Shown here piece after piece: positions 16,908-27,300 of a stretch of 46,599 nucleotides of DNA. Source of the DNA: Patescibacteria group bacterium. Lineage in GTDB: Bacteria; Patescibacteriota; Patescibacteriia; UBA9934. Position 1 is the stretch's first letter, and every line of letters starts with the position of its first letter. The notes under the pieces are model-generated. The model made no database searches and was not told where the DNA came from. It saw nothing but the letters and a program-made list of their open reading frames with translations. The position numbers were made by a program, and so were the translations under genes. The DNA is taken from assembly GCA_018896835.1 (NCBI GenBank), contig JAHILS010000035.1:1-46599 (forward strand), written 5' to 3'.

Positions 16908-19900
16908 ATGAACAATCTTTTGAAATACTCGCTATTAACCCTCGCTGTGGGAGTTTTTGGGTTTACACTTTTTGTTGGGAGTGTAAACGCCGAAGCTGTA
17001 AGTGTTTCGTGTTCTGGCACATCAGGAGCACCAACGGCAGTTACAGAAGCTGATCTTGCTGGAGATGATGTAACCTTCACTGACGGAGGTGATGGTTGGT
17101 GTGTATTGGACAATTCAATTTCAGCCGCCTCGGTTGTTATAAATACTGGGGTGACGATTACCCATACAATGGCTGATGTTGATGGAGTGACTATTACTAC
17201 GACAGGAAATTTTGAGATTCAGGCGGGGGCTTATATAAATGCGGATTCAAAGGGTTGTCAGGATTCATTGTCTGATAGTCATGGTTGGGGACCCGACGCT
17301 TCCAATATCTGTACCTATCTGGATAGTGGAGGACAAGGGGCAGGGAGAGGGCATTCCGGTATGGCTGTTGGTGCTACAGGGGCCGGCTACGGTGGAGGTG
17401 GAGCGGTTGGTACTACATCTCTTAGTGCCGGATCGGCATACGGTAATAATATTGCCCCTGACAAATTTGGGGCTAGCGGAGGTACTGCTTGGGATGTTCG
17501 GGGTGGTACGGGTGGCGGATTGATTCGTTTGGATGTTTCTGGTATTTTTACAAATAATGGCAGTGTCTCTGTAAATGGAGGAAATGGACTTGTAGGATCT
17601 TTCAACGCTGCTTCAGGTGGTGGCTCGGGGGGATCTATTTATATAACGACCAGTAGCATTTTAGGTTCCGGTTCCTTAAGTGCCAATGGAGGCAATGGTT
17701 ATGATGGCAGCTCCACTCATAACGGAGGAGGTGGCGGAGGAGGACGAATAGCAATTCTTTATACGAGTTCAACCTTTTCTTTCTCATCATCCAGTGTACG
17801 CGCAACAGGTGGAGATACCCCCGATTCTTCTGTGGATGGCAGTAATGGAACTGCGTATGTGGAAGACACAGACGATACAGCAGTAAGTATTTATAGTGGT
17901 TTTGATTATTCAACGGATTATGTAAAAAACAGCTGGACAGTTGATTCAGGTGCGTCAGGACAGCGTTGTGAAGTTTCGTCTGACACTTCACCTTCTGTTA
18001 CGGCTACAAACATTACTCTTGGAGGAACACTTGCGTGTGCCGATGCCACACTTGTTTCCTTAAATTTTTCTGCTTCAACAAGTTTTTCGGTTTTGGATAG
18101 TACATCTTTTTCTGTCACAACAACTGGTTCAACGGTAGATTTCAATATCCCTGCAGGGAATGATCAGATATGGACAAATGTTGTATTCACTGGCGCCGCT
18201 CAAGGATATTTCACAATCAATGATGCTGTAAGTATTGATTTAAATAACACAACAATTACAGCCAATGCCCAATGGACGAGTTTAACCGGATTGGATTTGG
18301 ATGGTACTTCTACGATTAATGCCAACTCAAAGGGTTGTCAGGCACTTAATGACGCTTTTGATGCTGACGGTTATGGGCCAAATGCGTCAAATGTTTGCGG
18401 ATATCAAACAGTTGGTTCTGGTTGGGGAGATGGAGCTGCCGATAATTTTGGTGTTCAAGGTGGTGGACATGGCGGGTCTGGTGGTGTTGGGAGTACCGCA
18501 GGATTTAATACAGGTGGCGCAACCTATGGAACTTCTACCGCACCAGTACTTTTTGGATCTTCCGGTGGTTCAGCATCAGCTAATTCTTTCGGCGGAGCAG
18601 GAGGCGGGTATATACGCTTAATTGTGAACGGAGGTTTTGTACTAGGCGGAAGTGTTTCCGCAAATGGAGGAACTCCAACATCAACAGAAGATTTTCGAGC
18701 AGGTGGTGGAGGGTCAGGCGGCTCGGTTTATATAACTATCAACGGAGCGTTAAGCGGTGCAGGTTCCGTTTCTTCAGTCGGTGGCAGTGGAGTTGACAAA
18801 TCCAGTGCAGATGGAGGTGGTGGTGGAGGTGGTAGAGTAGCAATTTATTATGGATCGGATCCAAATTCCTTGATTGCAGGATTATCAGCTGGTGTAACTA
18901 CTGCTGGTGGATCAGGCCCCGGCACTGCCGTAGACGGAACAGCCGGCTCTCTTTACACACTTCAATCCGTCTACCTTTCATCAATAGTTATTACTGACAC
19001 ATCCGGTTATACCAACGATTCCACTCCAGTAATTACAATCACACAGAGCGGTGCGACTCCAACTCATGTTGCATTCTCCTGCGATAACTCAAACTGGAGT
19101 TCATGGCTGACCTATCCTGACGACGAAGTCGTCAATGATGGCGATGGCCCGGCTTTTGACATCACTGCTGACGCAACTGGGTGCTCTGCCACAAATGAAT
19201 TAAAAACCATATACGCCAAAATCAAAGATGGTTCTTCAGAGTCTTCGGTAGTATCAGATACAACCACTTATGACACCGCGTCCCCAGGGGTAATGAACGT
19301 TAGTGCCACCAACCCAAACGGCACTTATACCACAGACGATGTTCTAACCATCACAGTTCAATTTGACGAATCAACCATGGTGGTGACAGGCACTCCGCAG
19401 ATTGAACTTGATATGAACGGAACAGACAGGCAGGCAAACTATGTTTCCACAGCTGCGGACACGCTTTCTTTTACATACACCATTGTCAACGGAGACAATA
19501 AGACAGACCTAGACTACACCGGAACAGATGCTTTGTCCCTCAGTGGAGGCACGATTTCGGATTTGGCTGGGAATACTGCAAATCTTACGCTTCCGTCTCC
19601 GGGAGCCGGAGGATCACTTGCGAGCAATACGAACATTAACGTTTCCACAAACCAAGCCCCAACCGTGGCCTCTATAACTGCTGTCCAACAGTCCAACGGC
19701 TCTGTCCTTATTACCTTTATCATGGACGACGCTGACGACGATGACACTCTCCAAGCCCTTGTTCAATACAATGTTGGCGGAGGTCTTACCAAGGCCACAC
19801 TCAGCGAAGTTGATGTTGATACTTTTACTGACAATGGTGGAGATCCTCAGGTAGAAAACGATGATGCTTACCAGGTTGGTAATGCTTCTGGATACATCTT

Positions 19901-22445
19901 ATCTTCTTCTGGCGCCAACACAGTCTCAACCATCTGGAACGCGCCAACTGACGCGACTGGTCTGGATATTAGTACCGCTGTTATTACAGTTACTCCGTAT
20001 GACGGAACTGAGGCAGGTACACCAAGCTCAAGCTCTGCCTTTGACTTAGACACTCTAGCTCCAACTGTTGTTTCTGCTTCTTATAAGGATATAAACGGAA
20101 ATGGCACAGTAGACAGGGTTGATCTTGTCTTTAACGAAAACATCGTTGTCACTAGCTATAACACTTCTGACTGGTCATTCCCAGAGGTGGGAAGTATAAC
20201 TTTGGATGACTCTAGTGCTTCTTATCTTGCCGACACAGTCCTGGTTACAGTCACGGCCGATGCTAACGAAACTGGCGGAGTCACACCACCAACAGTTCTA
20301 TATACAAACAATGCTGGTCGATTAACTGACGAATTTGGCAATTCAGCCTCAACCTTTGGCGCTCCGCAAACAGTCACAGACTTATCTGCTCCCCAGATTA
20401 AATCATTTGACTACAAAGACAGCGTCCTGGTTGACGGTAAAATCGACACCATCACAGTTAACTTCACAGAAGCTGTCACAGATGCCTCTTACCTGTCAGC
20501 TAACGATCTACTTTTTGATAATGTTGGAGAATTAACAGGCTCTGCTTTTGGAGCAAATTCTTCTAACCTTATTTCCGGCTCGGTTGAGAGCATTGATATT
20601 CCTCTGGGCACTGCCTCAACCCAAGTGGATACTCACGACTCTTCAGGAATTCTGGCTATTAGTTCACAAAATAGTTTTTCTATCACAGATGGCACAACAG
20701 CCAACTCGTCACTCAAATCTCAATCTCAAGCCACGTTTGTAGATGAGTCAGCTACGTTCCTTACTCAAATTGGCTACCAAGATACAAACTCAGACGGACA
20801 GATTGACTCGGCTGTTGCCGTATTCTCAGAGCCTACAACAATCTCATATACAGACACAGACTGGGTGGTTACTGCTAACGGGCTTACTGGTATGGATCTT
20901 TCCGATATCTCTTCTGGCAACGGAACAAGTAGTATTACCTTTACTGCCACAGCGAGTGCCAACAAGACTGGCGCCACTAGTGCTCCAAGCCTTACATTCA
21001 CCCCAACCACAGGTTCCATTCAAGACGCATATAGTAATGCAACCGCAACGTTCACTCAGGCCTTTGTTGACCAAGCCAAGCCTGTAATTCTATCTACTTC
21101 ACCAACCGACTCTTCGGTTGCTATTCCAAGAACAAACTCTATTGCCTTTACATTCTCAGAACCTATGGCTTCCACTTCCTGGGTTGAAGGCACAACTGGC
21201 TTTGATTCCACACCAAACGCTTCTGGTTGGTCAGGAGCATGGAGTGGAACAGGCAATACCACCTACACTCTTTCTCACGCACCGCTTTTGTGTGTTACTT
21301 CTTACACTATAACCACTGTAGAAGGGGATATTACGCCAACAGGAGGTGAAGATGGATACACAACACTAAGTGAAACAGGCGGAGGGTCCACCTTTGACGG
21401 ATCTTTGGTGTTTACCACTGCCTCTTGTTCATCTGCCTCACAGACTGGCTCTTCAGGCACTGCCAGCTCCTCAACCTTTACTAATCCCGTCACAGACGAT
21501 CTAAGTACCCCAGAAACTACCACAACCAATGCTTGCACTGGCATAACCTCAGGCTCAAGAGTCAGCCTAGCCTGGTCTGTGACCTCTGGCGTTGGTTTCG
21601 TTAACCTTTATTACTCCACCAATAATGGCTCAAGCTACACGAGTATTGTTAAAGCCACACAAAACACTGGCGCTTACTCTTGGACTGTTCCGTCAGGACT
21701 CACAGACAACTCAAGTATTCAATTTAAGATTGAAGGCACGGACTTGGTTAATATAACTAGCACCTACGTCACCGCACCGATGAATGTGTGTGGGGAAAAT
21801 GAAGAAGTTGAAGATGTCACAAACGAAGACGTTGGAGAGAGTGGCGACAACGCAGATGAGTCAAATTCACAACAAGATCAAGCCCCAGACACGGTTGTCC
21901 CTATTGGCATGGCTTTGGAAGGTGTGTTTGGTGACAAATGGCAAAGAGATGCAGCCAAAAGAGGAATAGATGCAACAGGATTTCCAACCGGAGAAGTTGC
22001 TATTGGATCTTTAGTAAAACTTGCCGACGATGGTAATCCTAATACTCAAACAGATTCGGCCGTCTATTACATTGGTTCTGACCACAGACGCCATCCATTT
22101 CCTAATGAAGCAGTTTACAAAACATGGTTTACAGGTTTCTATGGCATAAAGATTTTGGACGCAGAAATGATGTCTTCTATTCCTATGGGACCAATGGCAA
22201 CATATCGTCCAGGCTCAACACTCGTAAAGTTCCCATCTGTTAATAAGGTTTACGTAGTTGACGCTGAAGGATCTCTAAGATGGATAACCTCAGAACAACT
22301 TGCCCAAGCACTTTATGGAGACGAGTGGAACAAGTTTGTCATCGACGTCTCCGAAGCCTTTTACTCTAGCTACACATTTGGAAACACCCTCACATCACTA
22401 GGCGACATGACCTGGGACAGTGTAATGGCAGTGTACGGGAGGTAG
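16908..22445 (+). CDS. giant secreted surface protein (about 1845 aa) with duplicated Gly-rich beta-helix-like modules, Ig-like domains, an acidic linker and a C-terminal domain
   Basis: Signal peptide MNNLLKYSLLTLAVGVFGFTLFVGSVNAEA. There are two paralogous modules (about 17233-17775 and 18313-18860), each starting IN[AD/AN]SKGCQ and ending GGGGGGGR[IV]AI[LY]Y. Multiple Ig-like segments follow, and the C-terminal roughly 180 aa run (21900-22445) is rich in aromatic residues. Confidence 0.85.
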   Translation: MNNLLKYSLLTLAVGVFGFTLFVGSVNAEAVSVSCSGTSGAPTAVTEADLAGDDVTFTDGGDGWCVLDNSISAASVVINTGVTITHTMADVDGVTITTTGNFEIQAGAYINADSKGCQDSLSDSHGWGPDASNICTYLDSGGQGAGRGHSGMAVGATGAGYGGGGAVGTTSLSAGSAYGNNIAPDKFGASGGTAWDVRGGTGGGLIRLDVSGIFTNNGSVSVNGGNGLVGSFNAASGGGSGGSIYITTSSILGSGSLSANGGNGYDGSSTHNGGGGGGGRIAILYTSSTFSFSSSSVRATGGDTPDSSVDGSNGTAYVEDTDDTAVSIYSGFDYSTDYVKNSWTVDSGASGQRCEVSSDTSPSVTATNITLGGTLACADATLVSLNFSASTSFSVLDSTSFSVTTTGSTVDFNIPAGNDQIWTNVVFTGAAQGYFTINDAVSIDLNNTTITANAQWTSLTGLDLDGTSTINANSKGCQALNDAFDADGYGPNASNVCGYQTVGSGWGDGAADNFGVQGGGHGGSGGVGSTAGFNTGGATYGTSTAPVLFGSSGGSASANSFGGAGGGYIRLIVNGGFVLGGSVSANGGTPTSTEDFRAGGGGSGGSVYITINGALSGAGSVSSVGGSGVDKSSADGGGGGGGRVAIYYGSDPNSLIAGLSAGVTTAGGSGPGTAVDGTAGSLYTLQSVYLSSIVITDTSGYTNDSTPVITITQSGATPTHVAFSCDNSNWSSWLTYPDDEVVNDGDGPAFDITADATGCSATNELKTIYAKIKDGSSESSVVSDTTTYDTASPGVMNVSATNPNGTYTTDDVLTITVQFDESTMVVTGTPQIELDMNGTDRQANYVSTAADTLSFTYTIVNGDNKTDLDYTGTDALSLSGGTISDLAGNTANLTLPSPGAGGSLASNTNINVSTNQAPTVASITAVQQSNGSVLITFIMDDADDDDTLQALVQYNVGGGLTKATLSEVDVDTFTDNGGDPQVENDDAYQVGNASGYILSSSGANTVSTIWNAPTDATGLDISTAVITVTPYDGTEAGTPSSSSAFDLDTLAPTVVSASYKDINGNGTVDRVDLVFNENIVVTSYNTSDWSFPEVGSITLDDSSASYLADTVLVTVTADANETGGVTPPTVLYTNNAGRLTDEFGNSASTFGAPQTVTDLSAPQIKSFDYKDSVLVDGKIDTITVNFTEAVTDASYLSANDLLFDNVGELTGSAFGANSSNLISGSVESIDIPLGTASTQVDTHDSSGILAISSQNSFSITDGTTANSSLKSQSQATFVDESATFLTQIGYQDTNSDGQIDSAVAVFSEPTTISYTDTDWVVTANGLTGMDLSDISSGNGTSSITFTATASANKTGATSAPSLTFTPTTGSIQDAYSNATATFTQAFVDQAKPVILSTSPTDSSVAIPRTNSIAFTFSEPMASTSWVEGTTGFDSTPNASGWSGAWSGTGNTTYTLSHAPLLCVTSYTITTVEGDITPTGGEDGYTTLSETGGGSTFDGSLVFTTASCSSASQTGSSGTASSSTFTNPVTDDLSTPETTTTNACTGITSGSRVSLAWSVTSGVGFVNLYYSTNNGSSYTSIVKATQNTGAYSWTVPSGLTDNSSIQFKIEGTDLVNITSTYVTAPMNVCGENEEVEDVTNEDVGESGDNADESNSQQDQAPDTVVPIGMALEGVFGDKWQRDAAKRGIDATGFPTGEVAIGSLVKLADDGNPNTQTDSAVYYIGSDHRRHPFPNEAVYKTWFTGFYGIKILDAEMMSSIPMGPMATYRPGSTLVKFPSVNKVYVVDAEGSLRWITSEQLAQALYGDEWNKFVIDVSEAFYSSYTFGNTLTSLGDMTWDSVMAVYGR

Positions 22446-22465
22446 GGGGTAGAACATAGCAAAAT

Positions 22466-22506
22466 AAACCACCCATCCTAAACGAAGTTAGAGGCGGGTG
22501 GTTTTT
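22466..22506 (+). terminator. terminator-like hairpin after the 1845-aa gene
   Basis: AAACCACCC ... GGGTGGTTTTT with a structured 21-nt loop. Confidence 0.55.
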
Positions 22507-22575
22507 GATTTTTCTGTCCACACGTTCTCTGCAAAAGTTCGCTTAAATACGTTATAATAATATAGAACTAAACCC

Positions 22576-24372
22576 ATGCATGTGTTAATACAAAAAACGC
22601 TTTTCAGAAGAGCGACGCTATTGCTTATAAGTACCGCGTGTTTTGCGCTGGTCTTTTTTATTTTTAATGCTGGTCCTGTTTTTGCTCAGGCCGCGGAAGG
22701 CCTTGATCAGGTTGGTACAGCGTCAGGTCTTATGCAAACTGACTTGCCAACACTAATCGGGAATATCATAAAAGTCTTTTTAAGCATTTTGGGAATCATC
22801 TTCCTTGTTCTTACGCTCTACGCCGGTTACCTTTGGATGACAGCCGGTGGGGACGATGAACAGGTTAAAAAGGCAAAAGATGTTCTTATCAATGCAACGA
22901 TCGGACTTATTATTACGCTCAGCGCTTACGCTATAACATCATTTATCATCAGCAGACTTACAGATGCAACGTCAGGAACGGGCGGGTCGTCTTCATCAAG
23001 TTGGCTTTCTGTTGAAAGTTTATCGGGGTCGCTTGGCGCTGGCGGAATCCAAGATCATTATCCAGCGCGTAATGCAGTAGATGTTGCTCGCAATACAAAA
23101 ATCTTTATTACGTTTAAAGAGGCGATGGATATAGAATCATTTATTTCTGGATATGACACAGCTGGAACTCCGGAAGACGTAACTGATGACATTGCTGCCA
23201 CAACGCTAAATGACAGCAATATTTTAATTTATGCTTCGTCTGGTGGAGAGTCAACTGCACTTTCGAGCATAGATGTTTCTGTTAGTTTTACAGATGACTT
23301 AAAAACATTTGTTTTCGATCCACCACTTCTTGGTTCATCAACCGAAGATGTGTCATATACAGTTTTTGTTGACGATGCAATTAGAAATGCCAACGGCGGA
23401 TCTGTAATAAACAACGGTGGATATGAGTGGTCGTTCCAAGTGGGAACAGAGATTGATTTAACGCCACCAACCGTGCGCAGTGTTGTGCCAACAGCGTCAG
23501 GAACATATGCGCGTAACATCATGGTAGAAGTTACGTTTAGTGAAGCGATGGATCCAACCACTGTTTCTGGAATTCGCGAAGCAACGTCAGGATTTGATAA
23601 TCTGCAAGTTGCTGGCGCCGACAGCGTACCTGTGGCTGGATCGTATGTTATTAGTAATGAATACAAAACAGTCACTTTCACGTCAGATGATCCTTGTGGA
23701 ACGAATTCTTGCGGGGAAACAATTTATTGTTTGCCGGGCGCTCAGGCAATTTCTGCTTTGATTAATTCTGCAACACTTGGCACCGAACCGCCTCAGGCTG
23801 TAACCCCATACGATGGTGCTGTTGACGTTGTGGGCAATTCGCTTGATGGAAATGGGGATGGTGATGGTGGCGATGATTATTCCTGGACGTTTAATACTAC
23901 CAACGAGGTTTATTTGAGTGCTCCAGAAATTACCATTATTTCACCGAATATTTTGGAAGAAAATGTGGCGTTGGATCAGGATGTGCTGGTCACGTTTGAT
24001 AGCATCATGATGAGCTCAAGTTTGACTAACTCCAATATTACAATCACTCCAAGTCCTACCCATGAAATTTGGTATTCAGTTTCTGTAAATTCGTTAGACT
24101 CAACTGGCGGAGACGTTTCAACAACCGGAGCAACTGCTGTTGCCTCGCAAGCAGAAGTTAGCCACGGCGTATTTTTAGCAAGCACATCAGGAGAAGATGG
24201 AATCACGTTTTTGTATGCCACTAATGTTCTTAGTGGAGTTAAAAATCAGTATCAAAATTGTTTTGTTCCAGGCGAGGGTCCAACAGCGACAGGTTCGTCG
24301 TGCATGACCTCAAGCGAATATCCTTTCTGCTGTAACGGAGTTCCTTCAGCTACAATCTGTTCACTTTTCTAG
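22576..24372 (+). CDS. membrane-anchored surface protein: VirB2/TrbC-like pilin module plus three SbsA/Big_5-like Ig domains
   Basis: Signal peptide (..PVFAQA), then ILGIIFLVLTLYAGYLWMTAGGDDEQVKKAKDVLINATIGLIITLSAYAITSFIISRL (two TM helices flanking AGGD..KAK). Three units of the P..a.dV..n..I.vtFsEaMd type follow, then a Cys-rich C-terminus. Confidence 0.8.
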   Translation: MHVLIQKTLFRRATLLLISTACFALVFFIFNAGPVFAQAAEGLDQVGTASGLMQTDLPTLIGNIIKVFLSILGIIFLVLTLYAGYLWMTAGGDDEQVKKAKDVLINATIGLIITLSAYAITSFIISRLTDATSGTGGSSSSSWLSVESLSGSLGAGGIQDHYPARNAVDVARNTKIFITFKEAMDIESFISGYDTAGTPEDVTDDIAATTLNDSNILIYASSGGESTALSSIDVSVSFTDDLKTFVFDPPLLGSSTEDVSYTVFVDDAIRNANGGSVINNGGYEWSFQVGTEIDLTPPTVRSVVPTASGTYARNIMVEVTFSEAMDPTTVSGIREATSGFDNLQVAGADSVPVAGSYVISNEYKTVTFTSDDPCGTNSCGETIYCLPGAQAISALINSATLGTEPPQAVTPYDGAVDVVGNSLDGNGDGDGGDDYSWTFNTTNEVYLSAPEITIISPNILEENVALDQDVLVTFDSIMMSSSLTNSNITITPSPTHEIWYSVSVNSLDSTGGDVSTTGATAVASQAEVSHGVFLASTSGEDGITFLYATNVLSGVKNQYQNCFVPGEGPTATGSSCMTSSEYPFCCNGVPSATICSLF

Positions 24373-24378
24373 ATTTTT

Positions 24379-27300
24379 ATGAATGTACTTCAAAGACTCA
24401 CCTTACTCTTTAGCGGACTAGCCATAGTGTTTACACTTTCGGTTGGAATCCTAGTGCCAGTACAACAAGTGTATGCGCAAAGCGATACACTAGAAGACGT
24501 TGGTGCGCAAAGCGGTCTTGGAGACGAAGATTTGCGAATCGTTATTGCTCGACTAATCCGAACATTTTTAACAGTTCTGGGAATAATAGCGGTTGTTATA
24601 GTTTTATATGGTGGATTTGTTTGGATGACAGCCGGAGGTGATCCTGACAAGGTTAAGAAGGCCAAAGATATTTTGATTAACGGCGGAATCGGACTAGGAA
24701 TTTTTTTACTTTCCTGGGCAATAACATCGTTTGTTCTCTCAGCCCTACTTGGGGCAACAGGAACAGGTGACGGCACAGGCACGTCAAGCGGTGGATATAG
24801 TAGCACGTCAGGGCTTGGTGGAGGATCAGCATCAACATTTGCAGTTTCCACATTTTCACCAGAAGGCGAGGTATCAATTCGGAACATTGTTCCTAGGATT
24901 ACTTTTAGCAGGCAACTAGACGAAGCAAGCGTTGTTGATAATATAATTTTTACAAAAACCGAAACTGGAGAAGTTGTTGATGGAACGCTGGTTGTTTCTG
25001 GAAACAAGGCATCTTTTACTCCTTCTGCTTTTTGTCCAGAGCCAAGTTCCACCAGACATTGTTTTGATGCTGACACGCAGTATACAGTCACAGTTGGTAC
25101 TGACATTCAAAGTTCGGCTGGAGTTTCGCTTGATTGTTCAATAAAAAGCTGTTCGTCTTCTTTTACAACTGGAAGTTTAATCGATACAGAAGATCCGGTG
25201 GCTAGCATCAGCTATCCAGACAATGGTGATAGTATTTCAGTTGATAGTTTTACGCTTGTCCAAGTAGAAGCGACTGACGACAGCGAGGTCTCTACTGCAG
25301 ATTTTTATGGAAATGAAGCTTGGTTTGATTCTGTTGGCGCTAGTGGAGACGACCTTTCTGACGTCACCATTGAAAGCATTTGGTACACAGATGGTTTAGA
25401 AGAGGGAACTCGATATAATATAGAAGTAACAGTATCTGACATTGCTGGCAATGAAGATTCGGATACTGTCCGCATTGTTTCATTGCCAGCCCATTGTTTT
25501 GACGATGAATTAAGTGGTGATGAAGAAGATGTTGATTGCGGTGGTAGTTGCGGGGCGTGTGATGGATCAACCTGCACAGATGCTAGTGAATGTTCTGACG
25601 CAATATGTGAAAGTGGAATCTGTGTTTCTTATCCAGAGATTCAAGGCGTTTCACCAGCAAGCGGAGCAGTTGGCACTTTTGTAACAATTTCCGGAACCGG
25701 ATTTAGCACTTCTGGAACAGTTTATTTTTCCAATGGCGCTGGCGGATTTGTGTCAGCCAGCCAGCCATCTTGTGCCAGTGGTTGGGGTTCAAGCGAAGTT
25801 ATAGTGGAGGTTCCAGTTGGCGCATCAGACGGACCGATTAAAATTGATACCAGAACTGGGTATTCTGACCAAACCGATGACGATAACGGACCATTAATTG
25901 ATGATTTTGATGTCAACGATGTTGAGCATCCAAATCTTTGTTCAATTTATCCACGTACTGCCGAGGTTGGTGACAGCGTTACAGTATCGGGTACAAATTT
26001 TGGTTCAACTCAAGGATTGTCGTTAGTTTATTTTGATACTACTCAAGCTGGAAGTTACACGTCATGGTCGGACACATCGTCCGCCCTTACTGTGCCATCA
26101 CTAACTGCTGGTGATTTTGTTGACGTTTCAATCTCGGTTGGAGGAGTCAGTTCAAACACGGTCAGTTTTGGCGTTGACTTTAGTGATCAAGAATTACCAA
26201 CAATTTATTCTGTGAGTCCAGCAAGTGGAGGAGTCGGTCAGTATGTCACAATTTCTGGAACGCATTTTGGCTCACGGCTTGGTAGCGTTTGGTTTTCAAA
26301 TCCAGTGTCTGGTTATACAGCTCAAGGTAGTATCGCTTTTCCGTCAGAGTGTGACAACGATATCTGGAACGATAATCAAATTACGATAATAGTCCCGTCG
26401 GCATACACAAACGAAGAAGCGATCGATGAGATTGCTCACAATCTTTACATTACAACTCAAGCTGGCGTGGATTCAGAAGCAATAACGTTTACTGTGACCT
26501 CAGCCGATCCAACTCCGGGAATTTGTGCTATTGACCCGGCGGTTGGTCCAGTAGGAACTGGTATAACGGTTTATGGTGATAATTTTGGAACCAGTGTTGG
26601 CTCGCTTGAATTTTATAATGGAGTTTTGGCAATTATAGAGAGCGGAGATTGGAGCAATGGATCGATTATTTCCTCAGTTCCAACAGAAGCACAAACAGGA
26701 GTAGTAACCGTAACGTCATTGTCGGGTGTAGAAAGTAATCCGTTTAATTTTGAAGTCGGCGCAGGCAGTGCGGTGACAGCCACATCTTTAACTGGTGGAT
26801 ATGCTTGGTATTTTTCAACTGGAACAATCCCAGTGGTGCCAGAGCTTTTGATTGCTTGTTCTGATACTTTAGTAAGCGCTGTGCCAAATAGTCGTTTTAC
26901 AAGAGAGGCGTGTACAAATTCGGTCTTAATGGGAAAGTTTAATACTTTAATAGACGAGTCAACACTTAATAGCTCAAACATCCGAATTTACGAATGTGAT
27001 GGTACAGAATGTGAAGAAGATTCAAGCCTACAAGTTCCGTTTGGATCAATCGCTATTAGTTCAAGTACAACGCAAACATCATTTATTTGGAATGCTGATC
27101 CAACTTACAATAGCGGATCTTGGAAAACGAGCATGTCATACTACGTTGTTGTGTCTGATGGCATCGAGTCTACTGGCGGAATTTCGCTTAGCAGAGACGT
27201 TAGTTGGACGTTTAGAACAAGCTCAAGTTCTGTTGATTGTGACGTTGAAGAGGTTTTGGTAAGTCCAGTTACAGATACACTGGAGGAGTTGGGTGGTACT

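Noticed and set aside
24390-25106. 238-aa minus-strand ORF, and many other 60-150-aa ORFs inside the giant genes (for example 23229-23681, 20743-21087 and 28841-29302).
   Set aside because: They are out-of-frame or antisense shadows within long, well-supported coding regions. Their composition is low-complexity Ser/Thr/Pro/His and they have no independent start signals.
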